A DNA stretch of 64,000 bases from a virus. Location: IMG/VR virus record IMGVR_UViG_3300043449_002450, positions 64,001-128,000 of that record. The stretch is one strand, 5' to 3'. The notes below the pieces were generated by a model. It did no database searches and was not told where the DNA came from. It saw nothing but the letters and a program-made list of their open reading frames with translations. Position 1 is the stretch's first letter, and each line of letters opens with the position of its first letter. A program made the translations under genes and the position numbers. Shown here piece after piece: positions 51,200 through 60,680 of the stretch.

Positions 51200-52152
51200 C
51201 TGGAGATGCATCGATTCTATTGGTCGATGCACTCAACCTCTTCACGAGGCATTACGTAGCACATCCCGCTTTGGGTGAGAACGGTAATCATGTTGGAGGC
51301 ATTGTTGGGTTTCTCAACGAGGTCAAGAACATGTGCTTCCGTTTTCGCCCAAAGCGAGTCTACGTTGTCTGGGAAGGCGGTGGGTCCTCGCGCCGTCGGG
51401 CTCTTTACCCAGACTACAAGGGACACCGTCGTCCCGAACGTCTTAACAGGTATTACGAGAATGATATACCGCAGACTGTGTCAGACCGTAATGACCAGAT
51501 AGCCGCACTAGTCAAGATCATGAAATCGATGCCGATCTGCCAGATGTATGCGCAAGATTGCGAAGCAGATGATGTCATTGCTTACATCTGTCGATACCTG
51601 CATGCTGATTGTCTTCACGTCATCTTGTCTGCAGATAAAGACTACTACCAACTTATTCGTGACAATTCCATCATCTACTCGCCCACCTGGAAGAAGATTG
51701 TGGACACAGCGGATGTGATCAATAGATTCGGAGCGCACCCAAATAACTTTGCTCTTGCAAAGTCAATCTGTGGAGATGACTCAGATAATATACCCGGTGT
51801 TAGCGGGGTTGGGTTTAAGACACTTTCAAAGAGATTCCCAGAGCTACTAGGTGAGAGCGATATAAGGCTGGACCAGTTCATGGAGTTGGCCCGTCAGCGT
51901 CAGACAGGTAAGGTCAAGGTGATTAATGAGATCGTCAACTCTAACGATCTGATCGCTAGAAACTGGCAGCTTGTTCACCTTGACACAGCATCGATTCATC
52001 CACAACAAATAGCTAAAATCACGCACACCTATGAAAATTGGGAGCCCAAGCGAGATAAAATCTCTCTTGTGAGAGACATACAAAAAATCGGTGTAAGGAA
52101 CTTTGATACGGATTCTCTGTTCTATGCCGTTAGCCACATTGGTGCAAAATGA
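51196..52152 (+). CDS. 5'-3' exonuclease/flap endonuclease (T4 RNase H, PolI N-terminal-like)
   Basis: LLVDALN, YPDYKGHR, EADDVI, SADKDYYQL and GDDSDNIPGVSGVGFKT. Confidence 0.92.
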   Translation: MTGDASILLVDALNLFTRHYVAHPALGENGNHVGGIVGFLNEVKNMCFRFRPKRVYVVWEGGGSSRRRALYPDYKGHRRPERLNRYYENDIPQTVSDRNDQIAALVKIMKSMPICQMYAQDCEADDVIAYICRYLHADCLHVILSADKDYYQLIRDNSIIYSPTWKKIVDTADVINRFGAHPNNFALAKSICGDDSDNIPGVSGVGFKTLSKRFPELLGESDIRLDQFMELARQRQTGKVKVINEIVNSNDLIARNWQLVHLDTASIHPQQIAKITHTYENWEPKRDKISLVRDIQKIGVRNFDTDSLFYAVSHIGAK

Positions 52153-53522
52153 GTGATGCTTACTTTAGCCAGTATGGGAAGGGATTCCAAGAGAAGATCT
52201 TCCAGGCATTCTTGACAGATCGTCCCTGGGCAACGCAGATGATCGAGATCATGACGCCGCAATACTTCGATCTCAAGTATCTGCAGTATCTGTGCAACAG
52301 CTACTTCAATTACTACAAGAAATACAAGGACTTTCCCACCCTAAACTTGCTCATCACTATCATACGTGATGATCTTCGAGAGGGGAAGGATACTATCCTT
52401 CGTGACCAGATCGTTGATTTCTTGCAGCGGATTCGTGTCAACCCAGACATGGGTGATATTGCCTATGTCAAGGAAAAGACTCTCGACTTTTGTCGAAAGC
52501 AAGCGATGAAAGATGCGCTAGAAAAAGCTGTCGAGATGATCGCCACAGATAATTTAGATTCTGTTGTCGGTGTCATGAAGCAGGCCCTGTCTGCAGGGAC
52601 TCCAGCCACAACAGGGCATGATTTCTTCGCAGATATCGAGGCAAGATTTGTCAAGACCCGACGCTCTACATGTCCGACTGGAATCAAGCATCTTGATGCA
52701 CAGGACATTCTCAACGGGGGTCTAGGTAAAGGTGAGCTCGGCGTTGTAGTTGCACCTACTGGTGTCGGCAAGAGTCACTATCTTGTGTCCGTGGGTGCTC
52801 ACGCTCTCAAGATGGGGAAGAACGTGCTGCACTACACATTCGAGCTATCAGAAGCTGCAGTCGGTCTAAGATATGATTCAAATTTGTGCAGCATACCAAG
52901 CAATGATGTCATTGATAAGAAAGAAGAAGTCTTATCTTTCTACAAGGACAACCAGGATCTCGGGCGCCTGATCATCAAAGAATATCCAACGGGAACTGCA
53001 TCTGTTCAAACGCTTCGAAACCACATCGAGAAGCTACTGCTAAAGTCTTTCACGCCTAACATTATCTTGATTGACTACGCTGACATCATGCGTTCGTCAC
53101 GGGCATTTGATTCTCTTAGGCATGAATTGAAGCTTGTCTACGAGGAGCTACGAAATTTGGCGATGGATCTCAATGTTCCTATCTGGACAGCGTCACAGGC
53201 AAATCGTGATGCAGCAAATTCTGATGTCGTCGGTCTAGAAAATATGTCTGAGGCGTATGGCAAGGCGATGGTTGCTGACGTTGTTGTCTCTGTCTCACGA
53301 AAGCCAAATGAGAAGGCGACGGGTGCGGGCCGGCTCTTTGTTGCAAAGAATCGTGCTGGTCGGGATGGCATGCTCTTCCCGATTCGAATAGATACTGCTA
53401 TGTCGAAGTTCACTGTCCTAGAAGACGCAGCAGAGATGTCCATGGATGATGTGTTAGCTACCGACAAGACGAGCATGAAGAATCTGCTCAAAGAGAAGTG
53501 GCGCGAGGTTAACTCAAAGTAG
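52149..53522 (+). CDS. Replicative DnaB-family helicase (T4 gp41-like)
   Basis: APTGVGKS Walker A, TFEL, IIKEYPT, IDYAD, WTASQANR and KNRAG. Confidence 0.93.
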   Translation: MSDAYFSQYGKGFQEKIFQAFLTDRPWATQMIEIMTPQYFDLKYLQYLCNSYFNYYKKYKDFPTLNLLITIIRDDLREGKDTILRDQIVDFLQRIRVNPDMGDIAYVKEKTLDFCRKQAMKDALEKAVEMIATDNLDSVVGVMKQALSAGTPATTGHDFFADIEARFVKTRRSTCPTGIKHLDAQDILNGGLGKGELGVVVAPTGVGKSHYLVSVGAHALKMGKNVLHYTFELSEAAVGLRYDSNLCSIPSNDVIDKKEEVLSFYKDNQDLGRLIIKEYPTGTASVQTLRNHIEKLLLKSFTPNIILIDYADIMRSSRAFDSLRHELKLVYEELRNLAMDLNVPIWTASQANRDAANSDVVGLENMSEAYGKAMVADVVVSVSRKPNEKATGAGRLFVAKNRAGRDGMLFPIRIDTAMSKFTVLEDAAEMSMDDVLATDKTSMKNLLKEKWREVNSK

Positions 53523-53556
53523 CCGCCCTGTAACTTAATTGGAGAGTATAACAAGA

Positions 53557-56028
53557 ATGTCTGACCAATCTGTCATTGATTATTTCGGCGGCGATGATCT
53601 CGCTGCCGATGTATTTGGTAAATACATCCTCAGGGATGCGCAGGGCAATCAGCTTGAGCGTTCACCTGTCGATATGCATCGGCGTCTTGCCAGAGAATTC
53701 GCACGAATAGAGGAAAAGTATCCAAACCCGATGTCGGAGGATGAGATCTTTAGACTTCTTGATGGATTCAAGCAGGTTGTCCCGCAGGGTTCACCGTTGT
53801 CAGGAATTGGCAACCCATACCAGCTGCAAAGTCTATCCAACTGCTTTGTGGTCGACCAGCCCCACGACAGCTACGCGGGCATCCTGTTCACAGATCAGGA
53901 GCAGGTCCAGATCATGAAGCGCCGAGGTGGAGTCGGATTTGACATCTCCACGATCCGCCCAAAGGGCCAACCGACTTCCAATGCTGCCCGGACGACAGAC
54001 GGTATTGGTGTCTTCATGGAGAGGTTCAGCAACACCTGTCGTGAAGTTGCCCAGGGAGGCCGGCGCGGCGCGCTCATGCTCACGATCGATTGTCGTCACC
54101 CCGAGATCGAGACCTTCATCGACATCAAGCGCGACCTGAAGAAGGTCACTGGTGCCAACATCTCGATCCGCTTCACCGATGAGTTCATGAAGGCAGTGGA
54201 GAGCAACGTCGGGTTCTGCCTCCGCTGGCCAGTCGAGGCACGCCCCGAGGACGCAGAGATCGTCAAGATGGTCGACGCGAAGCAGATATGGGACAAGTTT
54301 GTCGACGCCGCATGGGCTTCTGCAGAGCCCGGAGCACTGTTCTGGGATGCTGTGGTCAATAACGGAATTGTCGATTGTTATCGTGATGTTGGCTACAAGA
54401 CGATCTCTACAAATCCGTGCGGTGAGATCCCGCTCAGCCCCTACGACTCCTGTCGCTTGATGGTTGTCAATCTCACGTCGTTTGTCAATGGTCCGTTTAG
54501 CGCGAATCCATCGTTTGATTTTGCAAGATTTAATGATGTTGTCATGAAAGCGCAGCGACTCATGGACGATCTTGTGGATCTCGAGGTGGAGTGCGTCGAT
54601 CGGATCCTCGAGAAGATTGAGAGAGATCCCCAGCCTGAGAATGTGAAGGCCATCGAGCTGCAGCTCTGGAAGAAGATTCGCGCGGCAGGTCTCAACGGTC
54701 GTAGAACAGGTCTAGGAGTAACAGGACTTGGTGACACGCTTGCCGCGCTAAACATCCAGTATGGAAGCAAGTGCTCGATCGAAGTGACAGAGGAAATCTA
54801 CAAGGCTCTCGCGGTCGGTGCTCATCGTTCATCTTTGGTCATGGCGAAAGAGCGCGGTGCATTCCCAGTGTGGGACTACCAGAAAGAGAAGGATCACCCC
54901 TATCTTCAGAAAGTGATAAACACATGCAACGGTGAATATCATGACATGTGGCGAACCACAGGCCGTCGAAACATCGCGCTAACAACAACTGCGCCTGTTG
55001 GATCGATCTCCTGCCTCACGCAGACCACAAGCGGAATCGAGCCCGCATTCCTCCTCTCCTATAAGCGTCGCCGCAAGATTACACAAAGTGATACTAAGAC
55101 TGTTCCAGACTTCGTAGACCCATTGGGTGATAAGTGGCAAGAATATACTGTCTACCACCACTGGTTCAAGAAGTGGATGGAAGTGACAGGAAAGTCAGAT
55201 CCAAAAGAGAGCCCATACTGGGGTGGAACTGCCAACGATATTGATTGGGTAAAATCAGTTGAGATCCAGGCAGCAGCACAGCGGTGGATCGACCACAGTA
55301 TTAGCAAGACTTGCAATCTTCCAAACACAGCCACACGTGAGATCGTCAATGACGTCTATCTTAAGGCGTGGCGCGAGGGATGCAAGGGATTCACGGTCTA
55401 CCGTGACGGATGCAGGACAGGTGTTCTCATCTCAACAGAGGAGAAGAAAGAGACACCCAAGACTGCTGCAGACGTCCATCCCAAGCGCCCCAAGGAGCTA
55501 CCTTGTGACATCCACCGCGTCAACATAAAGGACGATGCGGGAAATACACAGTCATGGATGGTCTTGGTCGGCCTTAAAGATGGCGCACCATACGAAGTCT
55601 TCAGCGGCCTAGCAGAGCACATCGAGGTCCCCAAGAAGACCAAGAGTGGTGTCCTCATCCGTAACGGCAAGAAGGACGGTGTTGCCACCTACAACCTTCG
55701 TGTCCCAGTCGGCAATGACGATGAGATCCTCTTCAAGGACGTGGTGAACCTGTTCGCCAACCCGACACAGGGTGCCTTCACGAGGACGATCTCTCTGGCA
55801 CTCCGGCACGGCATCCCGGTCAACTTCGTGGTAGACCAGCTCCAGAAGGATAAGGACTCAGATATGTTCACGTTCTCACGGTGTGTCGCTCGTGTTCTCA
55901 AGGGCTACATTCCAGATGGGACCAAGTCGACGTCGGAGAAGAAGTGCAAGGAGTGCGGTAGCGATCAGGTCTTCTACATGGAAGGATGCATCACCTGCCA
56001 GTCTTGCGGTTCTAGCAAGTGCTCTTAA
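53557..56028 (+). CDS. nrdJ: Class II (adenosylcobalamin-dependent) ribonucleotide reductase
   Basis: SNCFV, RGGVG, RRGALM, TNPCGEI, TTAPVGS, SGIEP, ISKTCNLP, KGFTVYRDGCR and a C-terminal domain ending in a Cys4 ribbon; no beta-subunit gene nearby. Confidence 0.9.
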   Translation: MSDQSVIDYFGGDDLAADVFGKYILRDAQGNQLERSPVDMHRRLAREFARIEEKYPNPMSEDEIFRLLDGFKQVVPQGSPLSGIGNPYQLQSLSNCFVVDQPHDSYAGILFTDQEQVQIMKRRGGVGFDISTIRPKGQPTSNAARTTDGIGVFMERFSNTCREVAQGGRRGALMLTIDCRHPEIETFIDIKRDLKKVTGANISIRFTDEFMKAVESNVGFCLRWPVEARPEDAEIVKMVDAKQIWDKFVDAAWASAEPGALFWDAVVNNGIVDCYRDVGYKTISTNPCGEIPLSPYDSCRLMVVNLTSFVNGPFSANPSFDFARFNDVVMKAQRLMDDLVDLEVECVDRILEKIERDPQPENVKAIELQLWKKIRAAGLNGRRTGLGVTGLGDTLAALNIQYGSKCSIEVTEEIYKALAVGAHRSSLVMAKERGAFPVWDYQKEKDHPYLQKVINTCNGEYHDMWRTTGRRNIALTTTAPVGSISCLTQTTSGIEPAFLLSYKRRRKITQSDTKTVPDFVDPLGDKWQEYTVYHHWFKKWMEVTGKSDPKESPYWGGTANDIDWVKSVEIQAAAQRWIDHSISKTCNLPNTATREIVNDVYLKAWREGCKGFTVYRDGCRTGVLISTEEKKETPKTAADVHPKRPKELPCDIHRVNIKDDAGNTQSWMVLVGLKDGAPYEVFSGLAEHIEVPKKTKSGVLIRNGKKDGVATYNLRVPVGNDDEILFKDVVNLFANPTQGAFTRTISLALRHGIPVNFVVDQLQKDKDSDMFTFSRCVARVLKGYIPDGTKSTSEKKCKECGSDQVFYMEGCITCQSCGSSKCS

Positions 56029-56060
56029 TAAATTGATCGAGAGACGCGTATAATAGATGT

Positions 56061-56663
56061 ATGAACATCATCACACGCGTCTCTCCCCTCATTAAGGAAT
56101 GCGAACTTCGCGCTCCGCCTATCATCATCCGCGTCAATAAGTTCGATGAGGACTCAGCAAAGGAGTTTGTCCAGCACATGTCGATTGCCCAGTCTTCTGG
56201 GCAAAATGTGATTCCTGTCGTCATCGACAGCTATGGCGGTCAGGTCTACTCTCTTATGACCATGATCGATGCAATCAAGGGGTCACGAGTTCCTGTCGCG
56301 ACCATCGTCGAGGGTAAGGCGATGTCCTGCGGCGCTGTCCTGTTGACTTGTGGCGCGCCTGGCATGCGCTATGCATCTCCTCACTCCACCATCATGATCC
56401 ACGAGGTAGCGTCTGGTGGTGCTGGCAAGGTCGAGGAGATCAAGGCAGATGCCAAGGAGACAGATCGACTCAATGAGAAGATCTTCAAGCTTATGGCAGA
56501 CAACATTGGTAAGGATGAATCATTCTTCCTCGATGAGATCCATCACAAGAAGCATGCAGACTGGTATCTTGAGCCAGAAGAAGCAAAAGAGATTGGCCTT
56601 ATTAACCATGTTAAGATTCCAGAGATGATGTTAACTGTTGACGTCAAATATAAGTTTGAATAG
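56061..56663 (+). CDS. clpP: ClpP-like serine protease
   Basis: IDSYGG, AMSCG (Ser), IMIHE (His) and DWYLEPEEAKEIGLI (Asp). Confidence 0.88.
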   Translation: MNIITRVSPLIKECELRAPPIIIRVNKFDEDSAKEFVQHMSIAQSSGQNVIPVVIDSYGGQVYSLMTMIDAIKGSRVPVATIVEGKAMSCGAVLLTCGAPGMRYASPHSTIMIHEVASGGAGKVEEIKADAKETDRLNEKIFKLMADNIGKDESFFLDEIHHKKHADWYLEPEEAKEIGLINHVKIPEMMLTVDVKYKFE

Positions 56664-56949
56664 AAGAGCAGAACTACTATTAAAAGTTGTCACATGGAGA
56701 CTCTTCTCCATGTGTTACGGCTTTTCGATCGCATACTTTTTCACAAATAACGCCATGGAATCTCTAGGAATTGTGGCTCTAACAGGATCCACTTTGACAC
56801 TTTTGCAGTGGCTTTTTGAGATTTTGTGGGATAACCACATCAGGGAGCGCTTAAGATATGCCCTTTCAAGAGAACAAGGTAGAGCTAGTTGGCTATTATG
56901 GTGGCGACGAGGCACACGCGCTGTCAGCGTGGACGAGCACAAGCCGTGA
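56656..56949 (+). CDS. Small membrane protein, DUF2061-like
   Basis: LLKVVTWR...IAYFFT...FEILW with two hydrophobic segments. Confidence 0.55.
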   Translation: MNRRAELLLKVVTWRLFSMCYGFSIAYFFTNNAMESLGIVALTGSTLTLLQWLFEILWDNHIRERLRYALSREQGRASWLLWWRRGTRAVSVDEHKP

Positions 56950-57523
56950 CCTAACAGAGGAGAAGCGGAATCGAATCCCGACGCTCCTAAAAATGCTTGC
57001 AGAAAATGGACACGAGACACCGTTTGAGAAGAGCTCACTTCATTTTCTAGTGACAGTTGACACAGCAACACACATCCACCTCCTAAAGCATCGCATTGGC
57101 GTGTCCATTAATGGCGAATCAGCACGCTACAAAGAGCTGCGTGATGATAAATACTTTCTTCCAAAAGACTGGCCGCTAGAGGAGCAGGCGCTTTATGTTG
57201 CCTTCATGGAGGACGCTCTCATGCGCTATCATGATGCGCTCGAGCGCTTCTTCGAGAATGGCATGAATCGAAAGCGTGCGAAAGAATCGGCTAGATTCTA
57301 CCTTCCCTATGGCAACCAGGTTACATTGGATGTGATGTTTAACTGGAGATCTTTTAACCACTTTCTTGGCCTACGCATGAAGCAAGACGCCCAGAGAGAA
57401 GTTAGAGAGCTAGCAGAAAAGATGCTACTCCTAGTAAGGAACATTCCAGGTGATCCGTTCAAGCACACGATCGAAGCATTCGGTCATCTTGATGATGTCG
57501 AGCAGTTTTCTCCGCCTTACTAA
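56858..57523 (+). CDS. thyX: Flavin-dependent thymidylate synthase (canonical)
   Basis: GHETPFE, KHRIGVSINGESARY, ESARFYLP and NWRSFNHFLGLR...AQREVR. Confidence 0.92.
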   Translation: MPFQENKVELVGYYGGDEAHALSAWTSTSRDLTEEKRNRIPTLLKMLAENGHETPFEKSSLHFLVTVDTATHIHLLKHRIGVSINGESARYKELRDDKYFLPKDWPLEEQALYVAFMEDALMRYHDALERFFENGMNRKRAKESARFYLPYGNQVTLDVMFNWRSFNHFLGLRMKQDAQREVRELAEKMLLLVRNIPGDPFKHTIEAFGHLDDVEQFSPPY

Positions 57524-57535
57524 TAAGTAAGAGCG

Positions 57536-57856
57536 ATGCCCTCAAAATACGCACCAGCACCCGACTCAACTTCACAGAAGGTCATTAGATTCTTCCTAAA
57601 GAAGCTAAAGAAGTCGGGTCATTCTGCATTTGAGATCGATAAGGAAACGAGACGCTTCACGTCGATCTATAGCTCTGTTGTCAATCATGCAATGAACGCA
57701 AAAGGTCAATCACGGAAGCAAGCGCACAAGTATGCCTTAAAGGTCTACACAGAGCAAGCCCCAAAATGGGCGGCCAAAGTTCTAAAGAAGAGTAAAGCTT
57801 CCAAAAAGAAGGCGCTCAAAGAGGTTATTAGGTTGATCATCGATACACTCATGTAA
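57536..57856 (+). CDS. Small basic hypothetical protein, putative late gene
   Basis: Lys-rich 106 aa; ATAAGTA motif 6 nt upstream; C-terminal LKEVIRLII. Confidence 0.6.
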   Translation: MPSKYAPAPDSTSQKVIRFFLKKLKKSGHSAFEIDKETRRFTSIYSSVVNHAMNAKGQSRKQAHKYALKVYTEQAPKWAAKVLKKSKASKKKALKEVIRLIIDTLM

Positions 57857-57884
57857 AACACAAAATTTGTGTTTATTATGATTT

Positions 57885-58316
57885 ATGCGTGCTCCCCCGT
57901 CGCCTTATAGTCTAATACAAGAGAAGGTCCAGGATGATCCCTGGCGTGTCTTTGTTGTTTGCATATTCTGCAACTTGACTAAGCGTGTTGATGCCGAGCC
58001 CATCATGTGGAAGTTCTTTGACAGATGGCCAGACGCATCATCTGCTGCGCTTGCGGATCAAGAAGAGATCCGTCTAATGATCAAGGATCTTGGTCTTGGA
58101 GAACGACGTAGCAAGACCCTTGTAAGGATGTCTCAAGATTATCTTTCGTGGAACTCCCGTGACCCTGGAGACCTCTATGGTATTGGAGAATATGCAACAG
58201 CAGCCTACAAGATTTTCTGTGAACACGCGTGGAGCCAGATCGCTGAGCCAAAGGACGGCGCACTGAAGAAGTATTGGAAATGGATCAACAACGTGCAGGA
58301 GGTTAGAAATGCCTGA
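57885..58316 (+). CDS. MBD4-like HhH mismatch DNA glycosylase (stand-alone catalytic domain)
   Basis: PPSPYSLIQE...DPW, WKFFDRWP, LGL, LYGIGEY...YKIFC and PKDGALKKYWKW parallel the human MBD4 glycosylase domain as recalled (PPRSPFNLVQE..DPW..LHGIGKY..YRIFC..PEDHKLNKYHDW). Confidence 0.85.
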   Translation: MRAPPSPYSLIQEKVQDDPWRVFVVCIFCNLTKRVDAEPIMWKFFDRWPDASSAALADQEEIRLMIKDLGLGERRSKTLVRMSQDYLSWNSRDPGDLYGIGEYATAAYKIFCEHAWSQIAEPKDGALKKYWKWINNVQEVRNA

Positions 58317-59106
58317 GGGGCCAGAAGTTAGGATCGTTACAGACGGATTGCGACGCTCTATCCTAGACCAGAAAATTGTATCGGCATCTATTATAAGCGG
58401 TCGCTATGCTAAGCGCTCGCCTGATGGGTGGAACCTTCTGCAGGTTCCTAGGCAAGTTATTGATGTGAGCTGCAAGGGTAAATTTATCTACATGTCTCTT
58501 GAAGGCGACACATACCTTCTAAGCACGCTGGGTATGACAGGATCATGGTCATCAAATCTGACTAAGCACAGTCGAATTAAGATTGAGCTAGAGAGCGGTG
58601 GGACGGTCTACTTCAACGATATGAGAAATTTTGGGACAGTAAAATTGATCTCATCTCGGGACCAGCTAGATAAGAAGCTGAAAGAACTGGGACCTGATAT
58701 GCTATCTGAAGACGTGACAGATACAGTCTTTCTTAGATCTATTAGAAGATATAATAAGACACTAGCAGAAGTGTTAATGGACCAGAAAGTAGTTTGTGGT
58801 GTAGGAAACTATCTTAAATCAGAATCTCTATATTTTAGCGGTCTTGATCCTCACCGTCTAACATCAACTTTAAGTGACGAAGAAATTAAAAATCTTAATA
58901 AAGTCATCAAAAAGGTGATTAGAACTTCTTATGAGACAGGAGGCGCGACGATCTACACTTTCTCCAACTTTGATGGAGAGAAGGGCGATTACACCAAGCG
59001 TTTTGCTGTCTACAATCAGACCCAGGATCCTCTGGGCAACAAGATCAAAAGGGAAACGACAAGGGACGGTCGGACAACCTTTTGGGTTCCAGGAATTCAA
59101 AAATAA
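58309..59106 (+). CDS. Fpg/Nei DNA glycosylase-lyase, zincless-finger type
   Basis: N-terminal MPEGPEV, KGK, LGMTG, DMRNFG, LGPD, LMDQ..GVGNY; C-terminal GRTTFWVPGIQ without a Cys4 finger. Confidence 0.92.
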   Translation: MPEGPEVRIVTDGLRRSILDQKIVSASIISGRYAKRSPDGWNLLQVPRQVIDVSCKGKFIYMSLEGDTYLLSTLGMTGSWSSNLTKHSRIKIELESGGTVYFNDMRNFGTVKLISSRDQLDKKLKELGPDMLSEDVTDTVFLRSIRRYNKTLAEVLMDQKVVCGVGNYLKSESLYFSGLDPHRLTSTLSDEEIKNLNKVIKKVIRTSYETGGATIYTFSNFDGEKGDYTKRFAVYNQTQDPLGNKIKRETTRDGRTTFWVPGIQK

Positions 59107-59115
59107 GAGGAAAAG

Positions 59116-59361
59116 ATGGAAACAAATAGTTACAAGCTTTCTGATGATGTGATTGGTCAGGTTGCAAAGCTTCTACAGCTAGCCATTATCACAGGAACAG
59201 ACGTCGTCGACAATCTCAGGACCCTTAAGGTCAAGCTTGATGTCGATTCTGGTTTGGTTGTTCCAGACCCAGACTACATCAAGACTTTCGACGAGAACCT
59301 AACACGCCTTGTCGCAACAGCAGCGATGGTATCTGCTCATGACGATGAGGGAGAAAACTAG
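59116..59361 (+). CDS. Hypothetical protein
   Basis: GAGG SD; 81 aa; stop codon coupled to the next gene. Confidence 0.6.
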   Translation: METNSYKLSDDVIGQVAKLLQLAIITGTDVVDNLRTLKVKLDVDSGLVVPDPDYIKTFDENLTRLVATAAMVSAHDDEGEN

Positions 59362-59735
59362 TGGCCGATAAGCTCGATCTAATGTTTGATATGCGGGCCA
59401 AGTTCATGGATGAGCTTCGTAAGAAGCACCCGGACGCCTATCCAGACATGCCCGTTGATCTAACTAGCAAGAAGTCGCAACAGCACCTCAGGGATCTCGC
59501 TCTGCGTGGCGTCGAGGAGGTCTTTGAGGCTGTCCAGCACCTTAAGAACTGGAAGCCACATAGGGAGACTGAGGTCGCCGATTTTGATCGCGCGGCTTTC
59601 AAAGAGGAGATGGTTGATTCATTCAACTACTTCCTGTCTCTTCTCATCCTGATGGGTGTTACACCGGACGAACTTTACCAAGCTTACGTCGATAAAGATC
59701 AGGTCATACACGGTAGAATAAAAGGTAACTACTGA
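59361..59735 (+). CDS. All-alpha NTP pyrophosphatase (dimeric dUTPase/MazG-like)
   Basis: EEVFEA...WKPH...EEMVDSFNY...Y.DK...R...Y pattern. Confidence 0.8.
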   Translation: MADKLDLMFDMRAKFMDELRKKHPDAYPDMPVDLTSKKSQQHLRDLALRGVEEVFEAVQHLKNWKPHRETEVADFDRAAFKEEMVDSFNYFLSLLILMGVTPDELYQAYVDKDQVIHGRIKGNY

Positions 59736-59742
59736 GGATCAT

Positions 59743-60678
59743 ATGAAATTGTCTGACGCGCTCCAGCGCCAGCGTGTGTTTTCTGATCTGTTCTTTGATT
59801 CCACCAAGTTTGATGATGCCAAGCGCGAGGAGATGACAAAGTCTTTCGCGCTTGCATTGCATGGCGAAGTATCAGAACTTATCAGCTCGATCAACTTCAA
59901 GGACCATCACTCAAATAGGAAAACTCCTGATCGGGAGAAGATCCTATACGAGTCGATCGACGTGATGCGTTATCTCTTCGCGATCATGAATGTATGGGGA
60001 TGTGAACCTGACGAGGTCGAGACAGCCTTTGAAGATAAGGACACATTCCTACACATGCGCCATCGTATCGAGAACGCAAAGTGGGACGGTCGCCCGGTCC
60101 TCCTCGTCGACGTCGATGATGTTATTGCGCACTTCAGGAAGGACTACTTCGAGTGGCTTAGCGACAAACACGGAATCAACATCCCGTTGGACTATCCGGA
60201 ATACTACGCATCCTCACCACTGCACGAGCGTGGCATCAACCCAGAAGCTTCCTTTAAGGAATTCATTAGCGAGCGTCGACTCCGTGTCATCGAGCCCATA
60301 GAGGGTGTCCGCGCCGTGCTTAGGGAGGCGCAGAAGATGGGTTTTTGGATCCAGCTTCTGACTGCACGTCCCGACCAGAATCTCATTTGCCTCTATGACA
60401 CCTACCACTGGATAGACAAGATGAGCATCCCATTTGATGGGATTGCTTTCAGCGGTGAAAAATACAGGTGGCTTGTGCAGAGTCAGTTTTATGGTCATGT
60501 AGCAGCATGCATCGATGATTCGCCCAAGCACGCGGCAGAGTATGCAAATCACGGTCTTCTTGTAATCTCACCGAAGCTTTCGTATAATGAATCATTGAGA
60601 GACGTAAAAAACGTCATTCGATATGGCAGCGTCGATGAGCTGCTTGAACAGATCACAGCACTTAAAGAAAAGAGGTAA
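59743..60678 (+). CDS. MazG-like pyrophosphatase domain fused to HAD 5'(3')-deoxyribonucleotidase
   Basis: N-terminal GEVSEL...YESIDVMRY; C-terminal HAD motifs VDVDDV, LTAR and IDDSP. Confidence 0.78.
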   Translation: MKLSDALQRQRVFSDLFFDSTKFDDAKREEMTKSFALALHGEVSELISSINFKDHHSNRKTPDREKILYESIDVMRYLFAIMNVWGCEPDEVETAFEDKDTFLHMRHRIENAKWDGRPVLLVDVDDVIAHFRKDYFEWLSDKHGINIPLDYPEYYASSPLHERGINPEASFKEFISERRLRVIEPIEGVRAVLREAQKMGFWIQLLTARPDQNLICLYDTYHWIDKMSIPFDGIAFSGEKYRWLVQSQFYGHVAACIDDSPKHAAEYANHGLLVISPKLSYNESLRDVKNVIRYGSVDELLEQITALKEKR

Positions 60679-60680
60679 AA

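Noticed and set aside
14725-56028. Inteins, introns or homing endonucleases in terminase, RecA, helicase or RNR
   Set aside because: Protein lengths are normal, motifs are contiguous, and no intein splice or LAGLIDADG/HNH/GIY-YIG motifs were seen.
11042-59106. Giant eukaryotic virus origin, suggested by the Mre11-Rad50 fusion, Nei1-like and MBD4-like genes
   Set aside because: T4-type head and tail genes, SD sequences, coupled operons, RecA and DnaE indicate a bacteriophage.
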